Position numbers and translations under genes: made by a program
NCBI GenBank assembly: GCA_965216305.1
Contig: OZ244144.1
Coordinates: forward strand, 5,324,941 to 5,388,940
From: Gammaproteobacteria bacterium
GTDB taxonomy: Bacteria > Pseudomonadota > Gammaproteobacteria > Ga0077536
Direction of reading: 5' to 3'
Length of the DNA stretch: 64,000 nt
The notes under the pieces: generated by a model
What the model saw: only the letters and a program-made list of their open reading frames with translations
What the model was told of the DNA's origin: nothing
Databases searched by the model: none
Shown: positions 50,498-62,608 of the stretch, piece by piece
Numbering within the stretch: position 1 is the stretch's first letter
Layout of the letters: the number at the start of each line of letters is the position of its first letter

Positions 50498-50809
50498 CTA
50501 GCGGCGCAGCGAACCACACGACCAGCACACCTGAAATTGCGCTTCGCTGTCTTCGCCGCAATGGTCACAGATCCAGTCCGCGGCGTCCGGTGGCGGCGCT
50601 TCCAGCGCCTGCGCCAGGATCGCGCTCGCGGCCGCCGTGTCCCGCTCATCGAGCACCCACAGCTCTGGCCAGCACTCGTTTGGCGGTAATTCGCCGCTCG
50701 CGCCAATGAGCATTTCATTGCGCACGATGCAGCCAATCCCGGCCCCTTCGAGAACGGATTTCAGATAACCAACGAGTATCGGGTCGTCCGCCACGTGGAT
50801 GCGTTTCAT
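50498..50809 (-). CDS. DUF2007-like (PII-fold) putative signal-transducing protein with C-terminal zinc ribbon
   Basis: N-terminus MKRIHVADDPILVGYLKSVLEGAGI and C-terminal CDHCG...CWSCG. ATG 50809; the track start at 50884 is an over-extension. Confidence 0.6.
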   Translation of the reverse strand: MKRIHVADDPILVGYLKSVLEGAGIGCIVRNEMLIGASGELPPNECWPELWVLDERDTAAASAILAQALEAPPPDAADWICDHCGEDSEAQFQVCWSCGSLRR

Positions 50810-50894
50810 CGGCGACAGTCTCACAAAACGCCGAATTGCACACAAGCCGATCCGGGGTCTACAAAGAAATCGAGCATTCGTCAAGCCGCGCCCG

Positions 50895-50900
50895 TATAAT
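50895..50900 (+). promoter_or_regulatory. Consensus -10 TATAAT with GC-rich discriminator, upstream of typA
   Basis: TATAAT followed by GGCGCGCC, a stringent-type discriminator, 35 nt upstream of the typA ATG. The -35 is weak. Confidence 0.45.
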
Positions 50901-50934
50901 GGCGCGCCTTTTGCCCCGGATGAAGCCAGATTCT

Positions 50935-52755
50935 ATGAGCAGTAACTTACGCAATATCGCGATCGTCGCGCACGTTGACCACGGCAAGACGACGCTCGTC
51001 GACCAGCTGCTGAAACAGTCCGGGACCCTCGAACGCGGCGCCGAACGCACGGAACGTATCCTCGACAGCAATGATCTCGAACGCGAACGCGGGATCACGA
51101 TCCTGTCGAAAAACACCGCGATCGTCTGGAACGACTTCCGCATCAACATCGTCGATACGCCGGGGCACGCCGACTTCGGCGGCGAGGTAGAACGTATCCT
51201 GTCGATGGTCGATTGCGTCCTGCTGCTCGTCGATTCCGTCGACGGCCCAATGCCGCAAACACGCTTCGTAACGCAAAAGGCGTTCGCGGCCGGCCTGAAA
51301 CCGATCGTCGTAATCAACAAAATCGACCGCGACGGCGCGCGCCCGGACTGGGTGCTCGACCAGACCTTCGATCTGTTCGACCAGCTTGGCGCGACCGACG
51401 AGCAGCTCGACTTTCCGGTGATTTATACGTCCGCGACGCTAGGATACGCGCGGACGGAGCCAGACGGCACGGAGCAGGACATGACGGCGCTGTTCCAGCT
51501 CATCGTCGACTCGGTCGCAGCACCCGCGGTCGAGAGTGATGGACCGTTCCAGATGCAAGTGAGTTCGCTCGATTATTCGAGTTACGTCGGCGCTATCGGC
51601 ATCGGGCGCGTGCAGCGCGGCGAGGTCCGGCCCGGCCAGCAGATCACGCTGGTCACCGCCGAGGGCAAGCGTCGCAACGCGAAGATTCTCGAAGTCCTCG
51701 GCTTCAAGGGTCTCCAGCGCCTGGCGCAGAAGTACGCCGGCGCCGGCGACATCATTGCGATCTCGGGGATTGAGGGGATCCGTATTTCCGATACGCTGTG
51801 CGACCCGGCCCACGTCGAAGCGCTACCACCGCTCGTCGTCGACGAACCCACCGTCAGTGTGTCGTTCGAGGTTTCCGATTCCCCGCTCGTCGGACGCGAC
51901 GGCCAGTTCGTCACGAGCCGCCAGCTGACAGAACGACTCGAACAGGAGCTAATCCATAACGTCGCGCTGCGGGTCGAACCGACGGGCGATCCGAAACGCC
52001 AGATCGTCTCCGGTCGTGGCGAACTGCATCTCGCGATCCTGATGGAAACGATGCGTCGTGAAGGTTACGAGTTCTCGGTGGGCCGTCCGCAGGTGATCGT
52101 GAAACAGATCGACGGCGTCGATCACGAACCTTACGAACAGCTGAGCGTCGATGTCCCGGCCGAACATCAGGGCGCGGTGATGCAGCGGCTCGGTGAACGC
52201 AAAGGCGAGCTGAAGCAGATGCAACCGGACGGCAAGGGCAGGGTAAGACTCGACTACCGGATCCCCGCACGTGGTCTGATCGGATTCCGCACGGAGTTCC
52301 TCACCGCAACGTCCGGCGCGGGCCTCATGTACCACACGTTCGAATGTTTCGCGCCGAAGAAGAACGACGTGATCGGCAATCGCAATAATGGCGTTCTCGT
52401 GTCGAACGGCGCGGGCAAGGCGCTTGCTTATGCGCTGTTCAACCTGCAGGAACGCGGGCGCCTGTTTGTCGGTCACGGCGACGAAGTCTACGAAGGCATG
52501 ATCGTCGGCATCCATTCGCGAGACAACGATCTCGTGGTCAACCCGCTCAAGGCGAAGCAGCTGACGAACGTGCGCGCCGCGGGTAACGATGAAAACCTGT
52601 TACTGACCCCGCCGATTGAATTCGATCTCGAGCAGGCGCTCGAATTCATTGCCGACGATGAACTCGTGGAGATCACACCGACGGCGATCCGCGTACGCAA
52701 ACGCTATCTGAAAGAAAACGACCGGCGCCGCGAAGAGCGTCTCAAGAGCGCCTGA
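50935..52755 (+). CDS. typA: Translational GTPase TypA/BipA
   Basis: G1 AHVDHGKTT and EF-G-like domains; 606 aa. ATG 50935 verified. Confidence 0.96.
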   Translation: MSSNLRNIAIVAHVDHGKTTLVDQLLKQSGTLERGAERTERILDSNDLERERGITILSKNTAIVWNDFRINIVDTPGHADFGGEVERILSMVDCVLLLVDSVDGPMPQTRFVTQKAFAAGLKPIVVINKIDRDGARPDWVLDQTFDLFDQLGATDEQLDFPVIYTSATLGYARTEPDGTEQDMTALFQLIVDSVAAPAVESDGPFQMQVSSLDYSSYVGAIGIGRVQRGEVRPGQQITLVTAEGKRRNAKILEVLGFKGLQRLAQKYAGAGDIIAISGIEGIRISDTLCDPAHVEALPPLVVDEPTVSVSFEVSDSPLVGRDGQFVTSRQLTERLEQELIHNVALRVEPTGDPKRQIVSGRGELHLAILMETMRREGYEFSVGRPQVIVKQIDGVDHEPYEQLSVDVPAEHQGAVMQRLGERKGELKQMQPDGKGRVRLDYRIPARGLIGFRTEFLTATSGAGLMYHTFECFAPKKNDVIGNRNNGVLVSNGAGKALAYALFNLQERGRLFVGHGDEVYEGMIVGIHSRDNDLVVNPLKAKQLTNVRAAGNDENLLLTPPIEFDLEQALEFIADDELVEITPTAIRVRKRYLKENDRRREERLKSA

Positions 52756-52813
52756 TCTGGCGGATCGCGCCGACGTATCGATGGCGTTACCTTGAAGCGA
52801 TGCACGGCCTCTT

Positions 52814-53269
52814 ATGATTGGCTTGCTGCAAAGGGTGGCGCAGGCGCGCGTTGAAGTAGACGGCAAGCTCGTCGCGGCAATCGACCGCGGACTGCTCGTG
52901 CTCGTCGGCGTGCAACGCGACGACAGCGAACGCGAAGCCGATCGCTTGCTCGAAAGACTGCTCGGGTATCGCGTCTTCCCCGACGCAGACGGAAAAATGA
53001 ACTGCAACCTGCGCGAGGTGCGTGGTGGTTTGCTGCTCGTTCCGCAGTTCACGCTGGCCGCGGATACACGCAAGGGCACACGGGCGAGTTTTACTTCCGC
53101 GGCGCCGCCTGAAACCGGCGGCTTGCTGTTCGATTATCTGCTAACCCGGGCCAGCGCCGCGCATGCGCCGGTTGCGAGCGGCTGCTTCGGCGCCGATATG
53201 CTCGTGTCGCTCGCGAACGATGGCCCGGTCACGTTCTGGCTCGAGGTTACGCCGCCCCGCCCAGCCTGA
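52814..53269 (+). CDS. dtd: D-aminoacyl-tRNA deacylase Dtd
   Basis: N-terminus MIGLLQRVAQARVEVDG and SQFTL motif; 151 aa. Confidence 0.93.
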   Translation: MIGLLQRVAQARVEVDGKLVAAIDRGLLVLVGVQRDDSEREADRLLERLLGYRVFPDADGKMNCNLREVRGGLLLVPQFTLAADTRKGTRASFTSAAPPETGGLLFDYLLTRASAAHAPVASGCFGADMLVSLANDGPVTFWLEVTPPRPA

Positions 53270-53313
53270 CCGGCGACCGCGGCGGTCCAATCGCGCACCC
53301 CGCTGCGCGCGCG

Positions 53314-54192
53314 TCAGTCGAGCCTGGCGACAAACTTCTCGATCGCGCCCGCGACCTGCCCCGCGCCGGCACCGAGCGTAATGCTGTAATGGTTCGTGTC
53401 GGCGATTTCGCTGACTTCGAGGTGCGCATTCGCGGCGTCTTTCGCGGCGACCGCTGCCGGAGGCAAGAGCGGCTGCGGCTGATTCATCAGACCGCGAGGC
53501 GCTGTGAGCAGCAGGGTTGGTACCGCGACATCATCGATGCGATTCACCATAGCCGGATCGAGTGGCCCGTAGGCGTCCGCGCTGACGGCATCGCCATTGA
53601 TTCCCGAACGCAATGCCGGCGGTTCGCCGACGAGATCGTAATCAGCGAATGCGCGGACGTCGTCATTGAAGCCATCCGGATCCTGGAATGCCGGATGGGT
53701 GCGCCAGAATTCATGATAGCTCTCCCGGGTAGGGTAGACGTTGTCGAGGCGCGCGAGCGCCGGTCCGAGTACGCCCTTGATCACATCCTCGGGACGTTTG
53801 CCTTCGCGCAAGGGCAGCGAAATCCCGCCATCAACGAGCACGAGACCGCGGATCCGCTCCGGCGCGGCGATCGCGAGATCGAGCCCGATATAGGCGCCCA
53901 GCGAGTGACCGACGTAGACAACCGAGGACATCTCGTAATGATCGAGCAGCGCGAGCAAATCCGCGATGTGCGCGTCGAACCCGTAAGGCGGCGGCAGCTT
54001 CGCGTTGTTTCCGCGCCCGCGCAGATCCGGTGCGTAGATGTTGAAATCACTGTTCAGTGCCCTGACGATGCGCGCCCAGGCCAGGTGGTTGGACGTGATA
54101 CCGTGCACCGCGAGAATCGGCTCCCCGGCCCCGGGCCAGCGGCCCACGCAGTAATCGCCGCCGGCGGCCGCAAGACTGTCGAGTTCGTGCAT
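53314..54192 (-). CDS. Alpha/beta-fold hydrolase
   Basis: Motif HGITSNHLAW and nucleophile elbow GHSLGA; 292 aa. Confidence 0.75.
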   Translation of the reverse strand: MHELDSLAAAGGDYCVGRWPGAGEPILAVHGITSNHLAWARIVRALNSDFNIYAPDLRGRGNNAKLPPPYGFDAHIADLLALLDHYEMSSVVYVGHSLGAYIGLDLAIAAPERIRGLVLVDGGISLPLREGKRPEDVIKGVLGPALARLDNVYPTRESYHEFWRTHPAFQDPDGFNDDVRAFADYDLVGEPPALRSGINGDAVSADAYGPLDPAMVNRIDDVAVPTLLLTAPRGLMNQPQPLLPPAAVAAKDAANAHLEVSEIADTNHYSITLGAGAGQVAGAIEKFVARLD

Positions 54193-54269
54193 ACAATGAT
54201 CCCCATCATGCTATCGTCGCGTGTGGCACGCACGCGTTTTTCTCAATTGCGAAGTTCGCCGTCATTATC

Positions 54270-54731
54270 GTGAAGCGACTGCTTATCGTATACCACAGCC
54301 GATCCGGCCACACGGCGTCGATGGCCGAAGCCGCGATCGCCGGCGCACGCGATCCGGAAGTGAATGACGTCGATGTCGTCGTGCGCGATGCACTCGCCGC
54401 CGAGCCGGAAGATGTGCTCGCGTGTGACGCCGTGATCGTCGGGACGCCGGAGAATTTCGGTTACATGTCCGGCGCCATCAAGATGTTTTTCGAGACCATT
54501 TACTACCCGTGCCTGGAACACTCGCAGGGCCTGCCGTATGCATTACTGATCCGCGCGGGCAATGACGGCCAGGGCGCGCTGACGAGTATGCAGCGGATCA
54601 TCACCGGCCTGCGCTGGCGTGAGGTGGCGCCGCCGGTGATTGCGGCCGGGGAATTCGACCCCGCGTGTCTCGATGCGTGCCGTGAACTTGGCATGTCGCT
54701 GGCGGTCGGACTGGAGGCGGGAATCTTCTAG
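54270..54731 (+). CDS. Flavodoxin-like fold protein (NAD(P)H-dependent FMN reductase / WrbA-like)
   Basis: N-terminus LLIVYHSRSGHTASMAEA, a flavodoxin-like FMN-binding signature; 153 aa. GTG start. Confidence 0.7.
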   Translation: MKRLLIVYHSRSGHTASMAEAAIAGARDPEVNDVDVVVRDALAAEPEDVLACDAVIVGTPENFGYMSGAIKMFFETIYYPCLEHSQGLPYALLIRAGNDGQGALTSMQRIITGLRWREVAPPVIAAGEFDPACLDACRELGMSLAVGLEAGIF

Positions 54732-54800
54732 TCGCGCGGATTTAAGGGCCTGCACAGCAACTTTCGCTTACAATAGCGCGATGCCATTCGAGCAGACACG

Positions 54801-55883
54801 ATGACGCAATCCGAACAAGCCACCCGGCTGACCGAAGTCAGCGCACCAAAGCCGCCGCGCGACATTCGCAAATCGGCCCTGGATCCCGACTTCTGGTATC
54901 CGATTGCGCGCAGCCGCGATTTGAAATCCGGCAAGGTGCTCGCGGCACGATTCGCCGGCGAACCGATCGTGCTGGTGCGCCCGCGCAACGCCGAACCGTT
55001 CGCGCTCGAAGACCGCTGCGCGCATCGCCAGGTACCGCTGCACGTTGGTCAGGTTGCGAATGACGGCATCAAGTGCGGGTACCACGGCTGGACTTACGAC
55101 AAGAGCGGCAAATGCACGAGCGTGCCCTACCTCGACATGTGCTCGATGAAGCCGAACTGCGTGCGCAGCTATCCGTGCCGCGAAGCCTACGGACTCCTGT
55201 TCGTGTTCCCGGGAGACCCTGAAAAGGCGAACTCCACCCCGTTTCCCGAGGTGCCGTCCGCATCCGATCCCGCCTACAAGACCCGCTATCTCGATCGCCG
55301 CGTTGGTTGCCACTGGTCATTCATGCACGAAAACCTGATGGATATGAACCATCAATTTCTGCACCGGAAACTCATGGGCGGGATCAAGACGATCTTCCTC
55401 GGTACGCGCAGCGGAGATAACTGGATCGAGGCCGACTACACGTTCAAGCGGGCAAGTGGCAAGCAGCCGCTGGGCGAAAAATTCATGCTTGGCAAGCGAC
55501 CGGACGCGGCGCCACAAGAGCGTGATCTGATGACTATCCGGACGCAGTATCCGTACCAGACGCTGCGCTTCTGGACCGCAGGCAGCGAGACGCCGGCGCT
55601 GGATTTATGGAACGTCTATATCCCGCTCGATCGGGAGCAGCGCACGAATCACACCTATGGCCTGATGATGATCCGTCGCCCTTCGATCCCCGGCGTGATC
55701 AATCTGCTGTGGCCTTTCATCGTGTGGTTCACGAACGGGATTTTCGCCGAGGATCGCTGGATCTGCGAACTCGAACAGGCTGCATTCGACGCCCAGGGCG
55801 AGGATCAGAACCACGAAATCTTTCCCGCCATCCGCGAACTGCGGCGCGTGATAGTGGATAACGGCCGCCCGATTACGGGCTGA
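54801..55883 (+). CDS. Rieske [2Fe-2S] non-haem iron oxygenase-like protein
   Basis: Rieske motif CAHRQVPLH...CGYHGW. Mononuclear Fe-like DMNHQFLH. 360 aa. Confidence 0.75.
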   Translation: MTQSEQATRLTEVSAPKPPRDIRKSALDPDFWYPIARSRDLKSGKVLAARFAGEPIVLVRPRNAEPFALEDRCAHRQVPLHVGQVANDGIKCGYHGWTYDKSGKCTSVPYLDMCSMKPNCVRSYPCREAYGLLFVFPGDPEKANSTPFPEVPSASDPAYKTRYLDRRVGCHWSFMHENLMDMNHQFLHRKLMGGIKTIFLGTRSGDNWIEADYTFKRASGKQPLGEKFMLGKRPDAAPQERDLMTIRTQYPYQTLRFWTAGSETPALDLWNVYIPLDREQRTNHTYGLMMIRRPSIPGVINLLWPFIVWFTNGIFAEDRWICELEQAAFDAQGEDQNHEIFPAIRELRRVIVDNGRPITG

Positions 55884-55904
55884 GCCCCGGCTCGGGCGAG
55901 CGCA

Positions 55905-56360
55905 TCATGCGCGTCGCCACACGAGCGTATTAACAACCTTCGTCCCGTCCACCGTGCGCATCGGCGGTGTTTTCAGCACGAGCGCGCCATCATCGGTAAA
56001 TTCAAAGTAACGCAACTGGTCGCCACCGACCCAACCCGCGGCAAGTGATCCTTCAACGTGATGGACGACCGTGCCGGCGTCCGGATCGAGCGTGAACCTG
56101 CCGTAATAAGCCGTGTAGGTGAGATAGGCCTGGCGGAATTCATCCGGCGGCACGTCGTCGAGATTACGCTGACTCAGGCGCTCGCGGCCGTCGCTCATCA
56201 GTTGCGCCGACATGTAGCCGGCGGCGTCATAAATGATGAACCCGTGGGTATTCTCGCCGAGCGGGAAGGCCTGGCGGCCGGCGTCCGTCTCGGCATAGGA
56301 ATCCGCGAGGCGCCAGGTGCCGGCGAAACGTTCGGCGCTGACCGGGGCTGCTTCAGACAT
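55905..56360 (-). CDS. Lipocalin-like domain protein
   Basis: GTWRL start and a beta-rich 151-aa sequence typical of bacterial lipocalin-like DUFs. Confidence 0.55.
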   Translation of the reverse strand: MSEAAPVSAERFAGTWRLADSYAETDAGRQAFPLGENTHGFIIYDAAGYMSAQLMSDGRERLSQRNLDDVPPDEFRQAYLTYTAYYGRFTLDPDAGTVVHHVEGSLAAGWVGGDQLRYFEFTDDGALVLKTPPMRTVDGTKVVNTLVWRRA

Positions 56361-56386
56361 GGGCTCTTCCTTTGTTGCGTGACTGC

Positions 56387-57049
56387 TTACAATTTGAACT
56401 GGAGTTTGCTGCTCGCATCACCGGCCGCGAGGCGTTCGGCGTGTTCGCGGTGATTGAGCACTGACAACAGGCTCTGACCGGCCTGCAGGCATTCGATCAC
56501 GGCGTTCTCGGTTTGCTTGATTCCCTCGGCTGCCGCCAGCAGTTGTTCGAGCTCAGCCGCCGTCGCGACAATGATACCGTCGTCGTCACCGAACAGGATG
56601 TCTCCCGGGTTTACCGCGACCCCGCCGCACGTTATCGCCACCTGGCGCTCCCCGAGCGTATTCACGGTGCCGGACACCGGGGTGATCGAACGCGCGTACA
56701 CCGGCAGGTCGAGTGTCCGGATCGTCGACACGTCACGACACGCACCATCAATGACGATGCCGCCAAGGCCCATGCGCGCCGCTTCGAGCGAAAACAACTC
56801 ACCGACGACCGCGCACGTGCTGCCTTGCGTATCCACGACGAGAACATCACCGGGACGCGCATCATCGAGTGCGGCGATGATGGCGAAAAAATCATTCGTG
56901 CAGCGGACCGTATACGCCGGACCGAGCAGCGTGAGGCCGAGACGCACCGGGCGTATTTCTGGTGCGATAACGCGGATTGATTTATCCGCGTCGGCGATCG
57001 CCGCCGGGTCGACCCCGCGCAGGCGGGTTATCAGTTCCGTCAGGTTCAT
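56387..57049 (-). CDS. RraA-family protein (4-hydroxy-4-methyl-2-oxoglutarate aldolase / RNase E regulator family)
   Basis: Sequence LLGPAYTVRCTNDFFAI...GDVLVVDTQGSTCAVVGELFS matches the RraA/DlpA fold. ATG 57049; the track's 328-aa ORF is an over-extension. Confidence 0.78.
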   Translation of the reverse strand: MNLTELITRLRGVDPAAIADADKSIRVIAPEIRPVRLGLTLLGPAYTVRCTNDFFAIIAALDDARPGDVLVVDTQGSTCAVVGELFSLEAARMGLGGIVIDGACRDVSTIRTLDLPVYARSITPVSGTVNTLGERQVAITCGGVAVNPGDILFGDDDGIIVATAAELEQLLAAAEGIKQTENAVIECLQAGQSLLSVLNHREHAERLAAGDASSKLQFKL

Positions 57050-57059
57050 GCTGGCTTCC

Positions 57060-58112
<1,053 letters not shown>

Positions 58113-58119
58113 TTAAGAC

Positions 58120-58713
58120 ATGAGCGCGAGGCAAGCGAGCGTTTCCCGCGATACGCGGGAAACCCAGATTACAGTAAGCGTCAACCTCGATGGCGCCGGC
58201 AGCGGCGTGTTCGCAACAGGTCTGCCGTTCCTCGATCACATGCTCGACCAAATCGCCCGTCACGGGCTCATCGATATCGACATCAAGGCGAATGGTGATC
58301 TCGAGATCGACGCCCACCACACGGTCGAAGATATCGGGATAACGTTCGGTCAGGCAATCACCCAGGCACTCGGTTCGAAAACCGGCATCCGGCGTTACGG
58401 ACACGCTTACGTACCGCTCGATGAAGCCCTGTCACGCGTCGTACTCGATTTATCCGGGCGACCCGGGCTCGAATATCACGTGAGTTTTCCGCGCGCACGG
58501 GTAGGGGATTTCGACGTTGATCTGTTTCACGAATTCTTCCAGGGCTTCGTCAACCACGCAATGGTGACGATGCATATCGACATGATCCGCGGCACGAACG
58601 CCCATCACATCATCGAAACCGTGTTCAAGGCGTTCGGGCGCGCACTGCGCGTGGCCGTCGAACCAGACCCGCGCATGGCCGGGATCATGCCGTCGACGAA
58701 AGGTACGCTATAA
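58120..58713 (+). CDS. hisB: Imidazoleglycerol-phosphate dehydratase HisB
   Basis: Tandem IGPD motifs with DxHH; 197 aa. Confidence 0.95.
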   Translation: MSARQASVSRDTRETQITVSVNLDGAGSGVFATGLPFLDHMLDQIARHGLIDIDIKANGDLEIDAHHTVEDIGITFGQAITQALGSKTGIRRYGHAYVPLDEALSRVVLDLSGRPGLEYHVSFPRARVGDFDVDLFHEFFQGFVNHAMVTMHIDMIRGTNAHHIIETVFKAFGRALRVAVEPDPRMAGIMPSTKGTL

Positions 58714-58782
58714 CGAACCCCAAGGTCCGTACGGCCCGCGTCGCCTGTCGGACGCCATTCGGATACACAGGAAACCATACAG

Positions 58783-59433
58783 ATGTCCGACGTAGCCATC
58801 GTCGACTACGGCAGTTCGAATCTGCGCTCGGTTGCGAAAGCACTCGAATACGTTGCGCGCGGCAAGCACAACGTTATCGTCAGCAATGATCGCGCGACGA
58901 TCCTGAATGCCGCGCGCGTCGTGTTCCCCGGGCAAGGCGCAATCGGCGACTGCATGGCGGCGCTCGTGCGCTGCGATCTGGTGGATGTGCTCAACGAGGC
59001 GCTCGCAACGCGTCCGTTTCTCGGTATCTGCCTCGGGCTGCAATCGCTCGTCAGCCACAGTGACGAAGACGGCGGAGTGGCGTGTCTCGCTCGTTTTGCC
59101 GGTAATGTGCGGCATTTTCGCCGTAATGCCGGCCCGGCGAGCGACGGTTCACCGCGCAAGATTCCTCACATGGGCTGGAACGAAGTGTTCTGGCGCAAAC
59201 CGCACCCGCTCGTCGACGGCATCGAGGACGGTTCGCGGTTCTACTTCGTGCACAGTTATTACGTCGTGCCCGACAACCCGGAAATCGTCATGGGTGAAAC
59301 GGATTACATCGATCGTTTTGCCTCGGCGCTCGCGAGCGATAATGTATTCGCAACGCAATTTCACCCGGAGAAAAGCGCGGATTCAGGGCTCACCCTGCTG
59401 CGGAATTTTCTGGCCTGGAACGGCGAGGTCTGA
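58783..59433 (+). CDS. hisH: Imidazole glycerol phosphate synthase glutaminase subunit HisH
   Basis: Class I GATase (GICLGLQ, HSYY); 216 aa. Confidence 0.93.
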   Translation: MSDVAIVDYGSSNLRSVAKALEYVARGKHNVIVSNDRATILNAARVVFPGQGAIGDCMAALVRCDLVDVLNEALATRPFLGICLGLQSLVSHSDEDGGVACLARFAGNVRHFRRNAGPASDGSPRKIPHMGWNEVFWRKPHPLVDGIEDGSRFYFVHSYYVVPDNPEIVMGETDYIDRFASALASDNVFATQFHPEKSADSGLTLLRNFLAWNGEV

Positions 59434-59453
59434 GCCGCGCCGGCGTGAGTTCC

Positions 59454-60737
59454 CTATTCGCGCGCGATAGCGCGATAACCGATATCGCGACGGCAAAACG
59501 CACCATCGAAGGCAATTTCATCGACCCGCTCATATGCGCGAGCCTGCGCTTCGCCGACCGTGTCGCCAAGACCCACGACACACAGTACGCGCCCACCGGT
59601 GGTGACAACCCGATCGTCGTCATCAAGCGCCGTCCCGGCGTGGAACACGTAACTATCCCCTGTCGTGTTGGTCTCGAGTCCCGAGATAATCTTCCCTTTC
59701 GCGTAGTCCGCCGGGTAACCGCCCGAGGCAACGACCACGCCGAGCGCCTTGCGCGGGTCCCAGTCGAGTTCCACCGTGTCGCCACGCCCGTCGAGTAAGT
59801 CGAGGCAGGCGGTAGCGAGATCCGAGCGCAAGCGCATCATGATCGGCTGCGTTTCGGGATCACCGAAGCGGCAATTGTATTCGAGCACTTTCGGCGCGCC
59901 ATCGGCGCCGATCATGAGGCCCGCGTAGAGGAAACCCTGGTAGGGTCGGCCATCCGCCGCCATGCCGGCCAGGGTCGGGGCGATCACTTCGTCGAGAATC
60001 TGTTGATGCAACTGCGCATCGACGATGGGCGCGGGTGTATACGCGCCCATGCCGCCCGTATTCGGTCCGCGATCGCCGTCGTCACGCGCCTTGTGGTCCT
60101 GCGATGAGGCGAACGGCACAACATTCGTTCCGTCCGTCATGACAATGAAACTCACTTCCTCACCGGTGAGAAATTCCTCGACGACGATACGCTTGCCGGC
60201 AGCGCCGAAGGCATCGCCGGACAGCATAAGCCGGGCCGCCTCAATCGCCTCGCCGTGATCGGCCGCGATGACGACCCCCTTGCCGGCGGCGAGTCCATCA
60301 GCCTTGATCACAATCGGCACCGGCTGCGCGCGGATGTAGGCACTCGCGCGCGCAAAATCGTCGAACGTTTCGAACGCCGCGGTGGGAATTGCATGACGCT
60401 TGAGAAAGGCTTTCATGTACGCCTTCGAACCTTCGAGTTCCGCTGCATCACGGCGCGGACCGAAACAGCGCAAACCGGCCAGCGTGAACACATCGACGAC
60501 ACCGGCGACGAGCGGCGCTTCCGGTCCGACGATGGTCAAATCGATCGCTTCGGCGCGCGCGAAATCCACGAGGTCGGCGATCGCGTCTGCCCCGATAGCG
60601 ACGTTCTCGATGCCGGGTTCGAGTGCGGTGCCGGCGTTGCCGGGCGCGCAAAAAACCCGCGACACATCAGGTGACTGCGCAAGCTTCCAGGCCAGCGCGT
60701 GCTCGCGACCGCCACCACCAATGATTAATACTTTCAT
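59454..60737 (-). CDS. purD: Phosphoribosylamine--glycine ligase PurD
   Basis: N-terminus [19 protein letters not shown] and ATP-grasp fold; 428 aa. The track start at 60827 is an over-extension. Confidence 0.95.
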   Translation of the reverse strand: MKVLIIGGGGREHALAWKLAQSPDVSRVFCAPGNAGTALEPGIENVAIGADAIADLVDFARAEAIDLTIVGPEAPLVAGVVDVFTLAGLRCFGPRRDAAELEGSKAYMKAFLKRHAIPTAAFETFDDFARASAYIRAQPVPIVIKADGLAAGKGVVIAADHGEAIEAARLMLSGDAFGAAGKRIVVEEFLTGEEVSFIVMTDGTNVVPFASSQDHKARDDGDRGPNTGGMGAYTPAPIVDAQLHQQILDEVIAPTLAGMAADGRPYQGFLYAGLMIGADGAPKVLEYNCRFGDPETQPIMMRLRSDLATACLDLLDGRGDTVELDWDPRKALGVVVASGGYPADYAKGKIISGLETNTTGDSYVFHAGTALDDDDRVVTTGGRVLCVVGLGDTVGEAQARAYERVDEIAFDGAFCRRDIGYRAIARE

Positions 60738-60750
60738 CGCCGGATCCCGC

Positions 60751-62322
60751 TCAATGCCGGAAGTGGCGCATGCCGGTAAAGACCATCGCCATGCCGGTTT
60801 CATTGGCACTGGCGATGACTTCTTCATCGCGCACCGAACCGCCAGGCTGAATCACCGCCGTGATGCCGACTTCGGCGGCCGAGTCGATGCCGTCGCGAAA
60901 CGGAAAGAAGGCGTCCGACGCCATCACGGAACCGGTGACTTCGAGGTTCTCGTCCGCCGCCTTGATCGCGGCGATGCGCGCACTGTACACGCGGCTCATC
61001 TGTCCGGCGCCCACGCCGATCGTCTGGCGGTTGCGTGCGTAAACGATCGCATTCGATTTGACGCATTTAACGACTTTCCACGCAAACAGGAGGTCGCGCA
61101 TTTCCGCGTCACTGGGGCTGCGTTTGCTGACCACGCGCAATTCACCGGTGGTGAACGCATCGCGGAACGGATCGCGATGCTGAATCAGCACGCCACCGGT
61201 TACGCGTTTGTAGTCCCACATCGGAAACGGTTCGGGCGCACGTTGGCCGAGTTCGAGCAAACGCACATTCTTTTTCGCCGCGCAAATTTCCTGCGCGCGC
61301 TCCGACACCGTCGGCGCCGCGATCACTTCGACGAACTGGCGCTCGACGATTAACTCAGCGGTGTCGCCGTCGAGTTCACGGTTGAACGTGATGATGCCGC
61401 CGAATGCCGAAGTTGAATCCGTTGCGTAGGCGAGTTCGTAAGCCTCCGCCAGCGTTGTCGCCTCGGCCACGCCGCAAGGGTTGGCATGCTTGACGATGCA
61501 ACACGCCGGATCGTCAAACGCCCAGACACATTCGATCGCGGCGTCCGTATCGGCAATGTTGTTATACGACAGTTCCTTGCCCTGCAGTTGTACTGCGGCG
61601 GCAATGGTGCCGGGATGCGTTTCAGCGTCGAGGTAGAACGCGGCACCCTGGTGTGGATTTTCGCCGTAACGCAGTTCCTGTTTTTTCGTCAGGGTGAGTG
61701 CTACGTGCTCCGGGAAATCCGGTTGCGAATCCTGCGCGGCGAGATAGTCCGCAATCGCCGTATCGTAATCGGCGGTATGTCGGAACGCCTTCGTCGCCAG
61801 CGCGAAGCGCGTCTTTGCTTGCAGCCGCCGCTCGCGTTCCGCGAGTTCGAGCACAATATTGTCGTAATCAGCCGGGTCGACGACGATTGCGACATCGGCG
61901 TGATTTTTCGCCGCCGCGCGCACCATCGTCGGGCCACCGACGTCGATGTTCTCAATCGCGTTGTCGAACGTACATTCGGGTTTCGCGATCGTGGCGGAAA
62001 ACGGATACAGGTTGACGACGACAAGGTCGATCGGCTTGATGCCGTGTTCCGCCATCACCGCGTCATCTGTGCCGCGACGTCCGAGGATCCCGCCATGGAT
62101 TTTTGGATGCAGCGTCTTCACCCGGCCGTCCATCATTTCCGGATGGCCGGTGTAATCGGCCACGTCCGTAACTTCAAGGCCGTTCTCGCGCAACAACGAC
62201 GCGGTCCCGCCGGTGGACAGAATCTCGATACCGAGAGCTGCGAGGCGTCCGGCGAATTCCGCCACGCCGGTCTTGTCCGAGACGCTGATGAGCGCGGTTT
62301 GTATTTGCCGGGATATTGTCAT
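60751..62322 (-). CDS. purH: Bifunctional AICAR transformylase / IMP cyclohydrolase PurH
   Basis: MGS-like and AICARFT domains; 523 aa. Confidence 0.96.
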   Translation of the reverse strand: MTISRQIQTALISVSDKTGVAEFAGRLAALGIEILSTGGTASLLRENGLEVTDVADYTGHPEMMDGRVKTLHPKIHGGILGRRGTDDAVMAEHGIKPIDLVVVNLYPFSATIAKPECTFDNAIENIDVGGPTMVRAAAKNHADVAIVVDPADYDNIVLELAERERRLQAKTRFALATKAFRHTADYDTAIADYLAAQDSQPDFPEHVALTLTKKQELRYGENPHQGAAFYLDAETHPGTIAAAVQLQGKELSYNNIADTDAAIECVWAFDDPACCIVKHANPCGVAEATTLAEAYELAYATDSTSAFGGIITFNRELDGDTAELIVERQFVEVIAAPTVSERAQEICAAKKNVRLLELGQRAPEPFPMWDYKRVTGGVLIQHRDPFRDAFTTGELRVVSKRSPSDAEMRDLLFAWKVVKCVKSNAIVYARNRQTIGVGAGQMSRVYSARIAAIKAADENLEVTGSVMASDAFFPFRDGIDSAAEVGITAVIQPGGSVRDEEVIASANETGMAMVFTGMRHFRH

Positions 62323-62326
62323 GTGC

Positions 62327-62608
62327 CTAGTCGTCGAGTCCGTACTTATGTAGCTTCTTGCGCAAGGTTGCGCGGTTCAGGCCAAGAAAAGCCGCGGCTT
62401 TCGAAATATTGCCGCGTGTCTCCGCCATCACGACTTCGAGCAGCGGCTGCTCGATTTCCGACAGTACGAGGTCGTAAAGATCGCTCGGTGGCTGTCCGTT
62501 CAGTTCATCGAAGTAGCGTTCCAGGGAATCTTTCACGTGCCCCGCGAGTGGCCGGGTGTCGGACGTCACGGGTGTTGGGCGGTTCGCTCTGGCCTGGTTT
62601 GCACTCAT
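62327..62608 (-). CDS. fis: DNA-binding protein Fis
   Basis: C-terminal [29 protein letters not shown]; 93 aa. ATGA overlap with dusB. Confidence 0.95.
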   Translation of the reverse strand: MSANQARANRPTPVTSDTRPLAGHVKDSLERYFDELNGQPPSDLYDLVLSEIEQPLLEVVMAETRGNISKAAAFLGLNRATLRKKLHKYGLDD

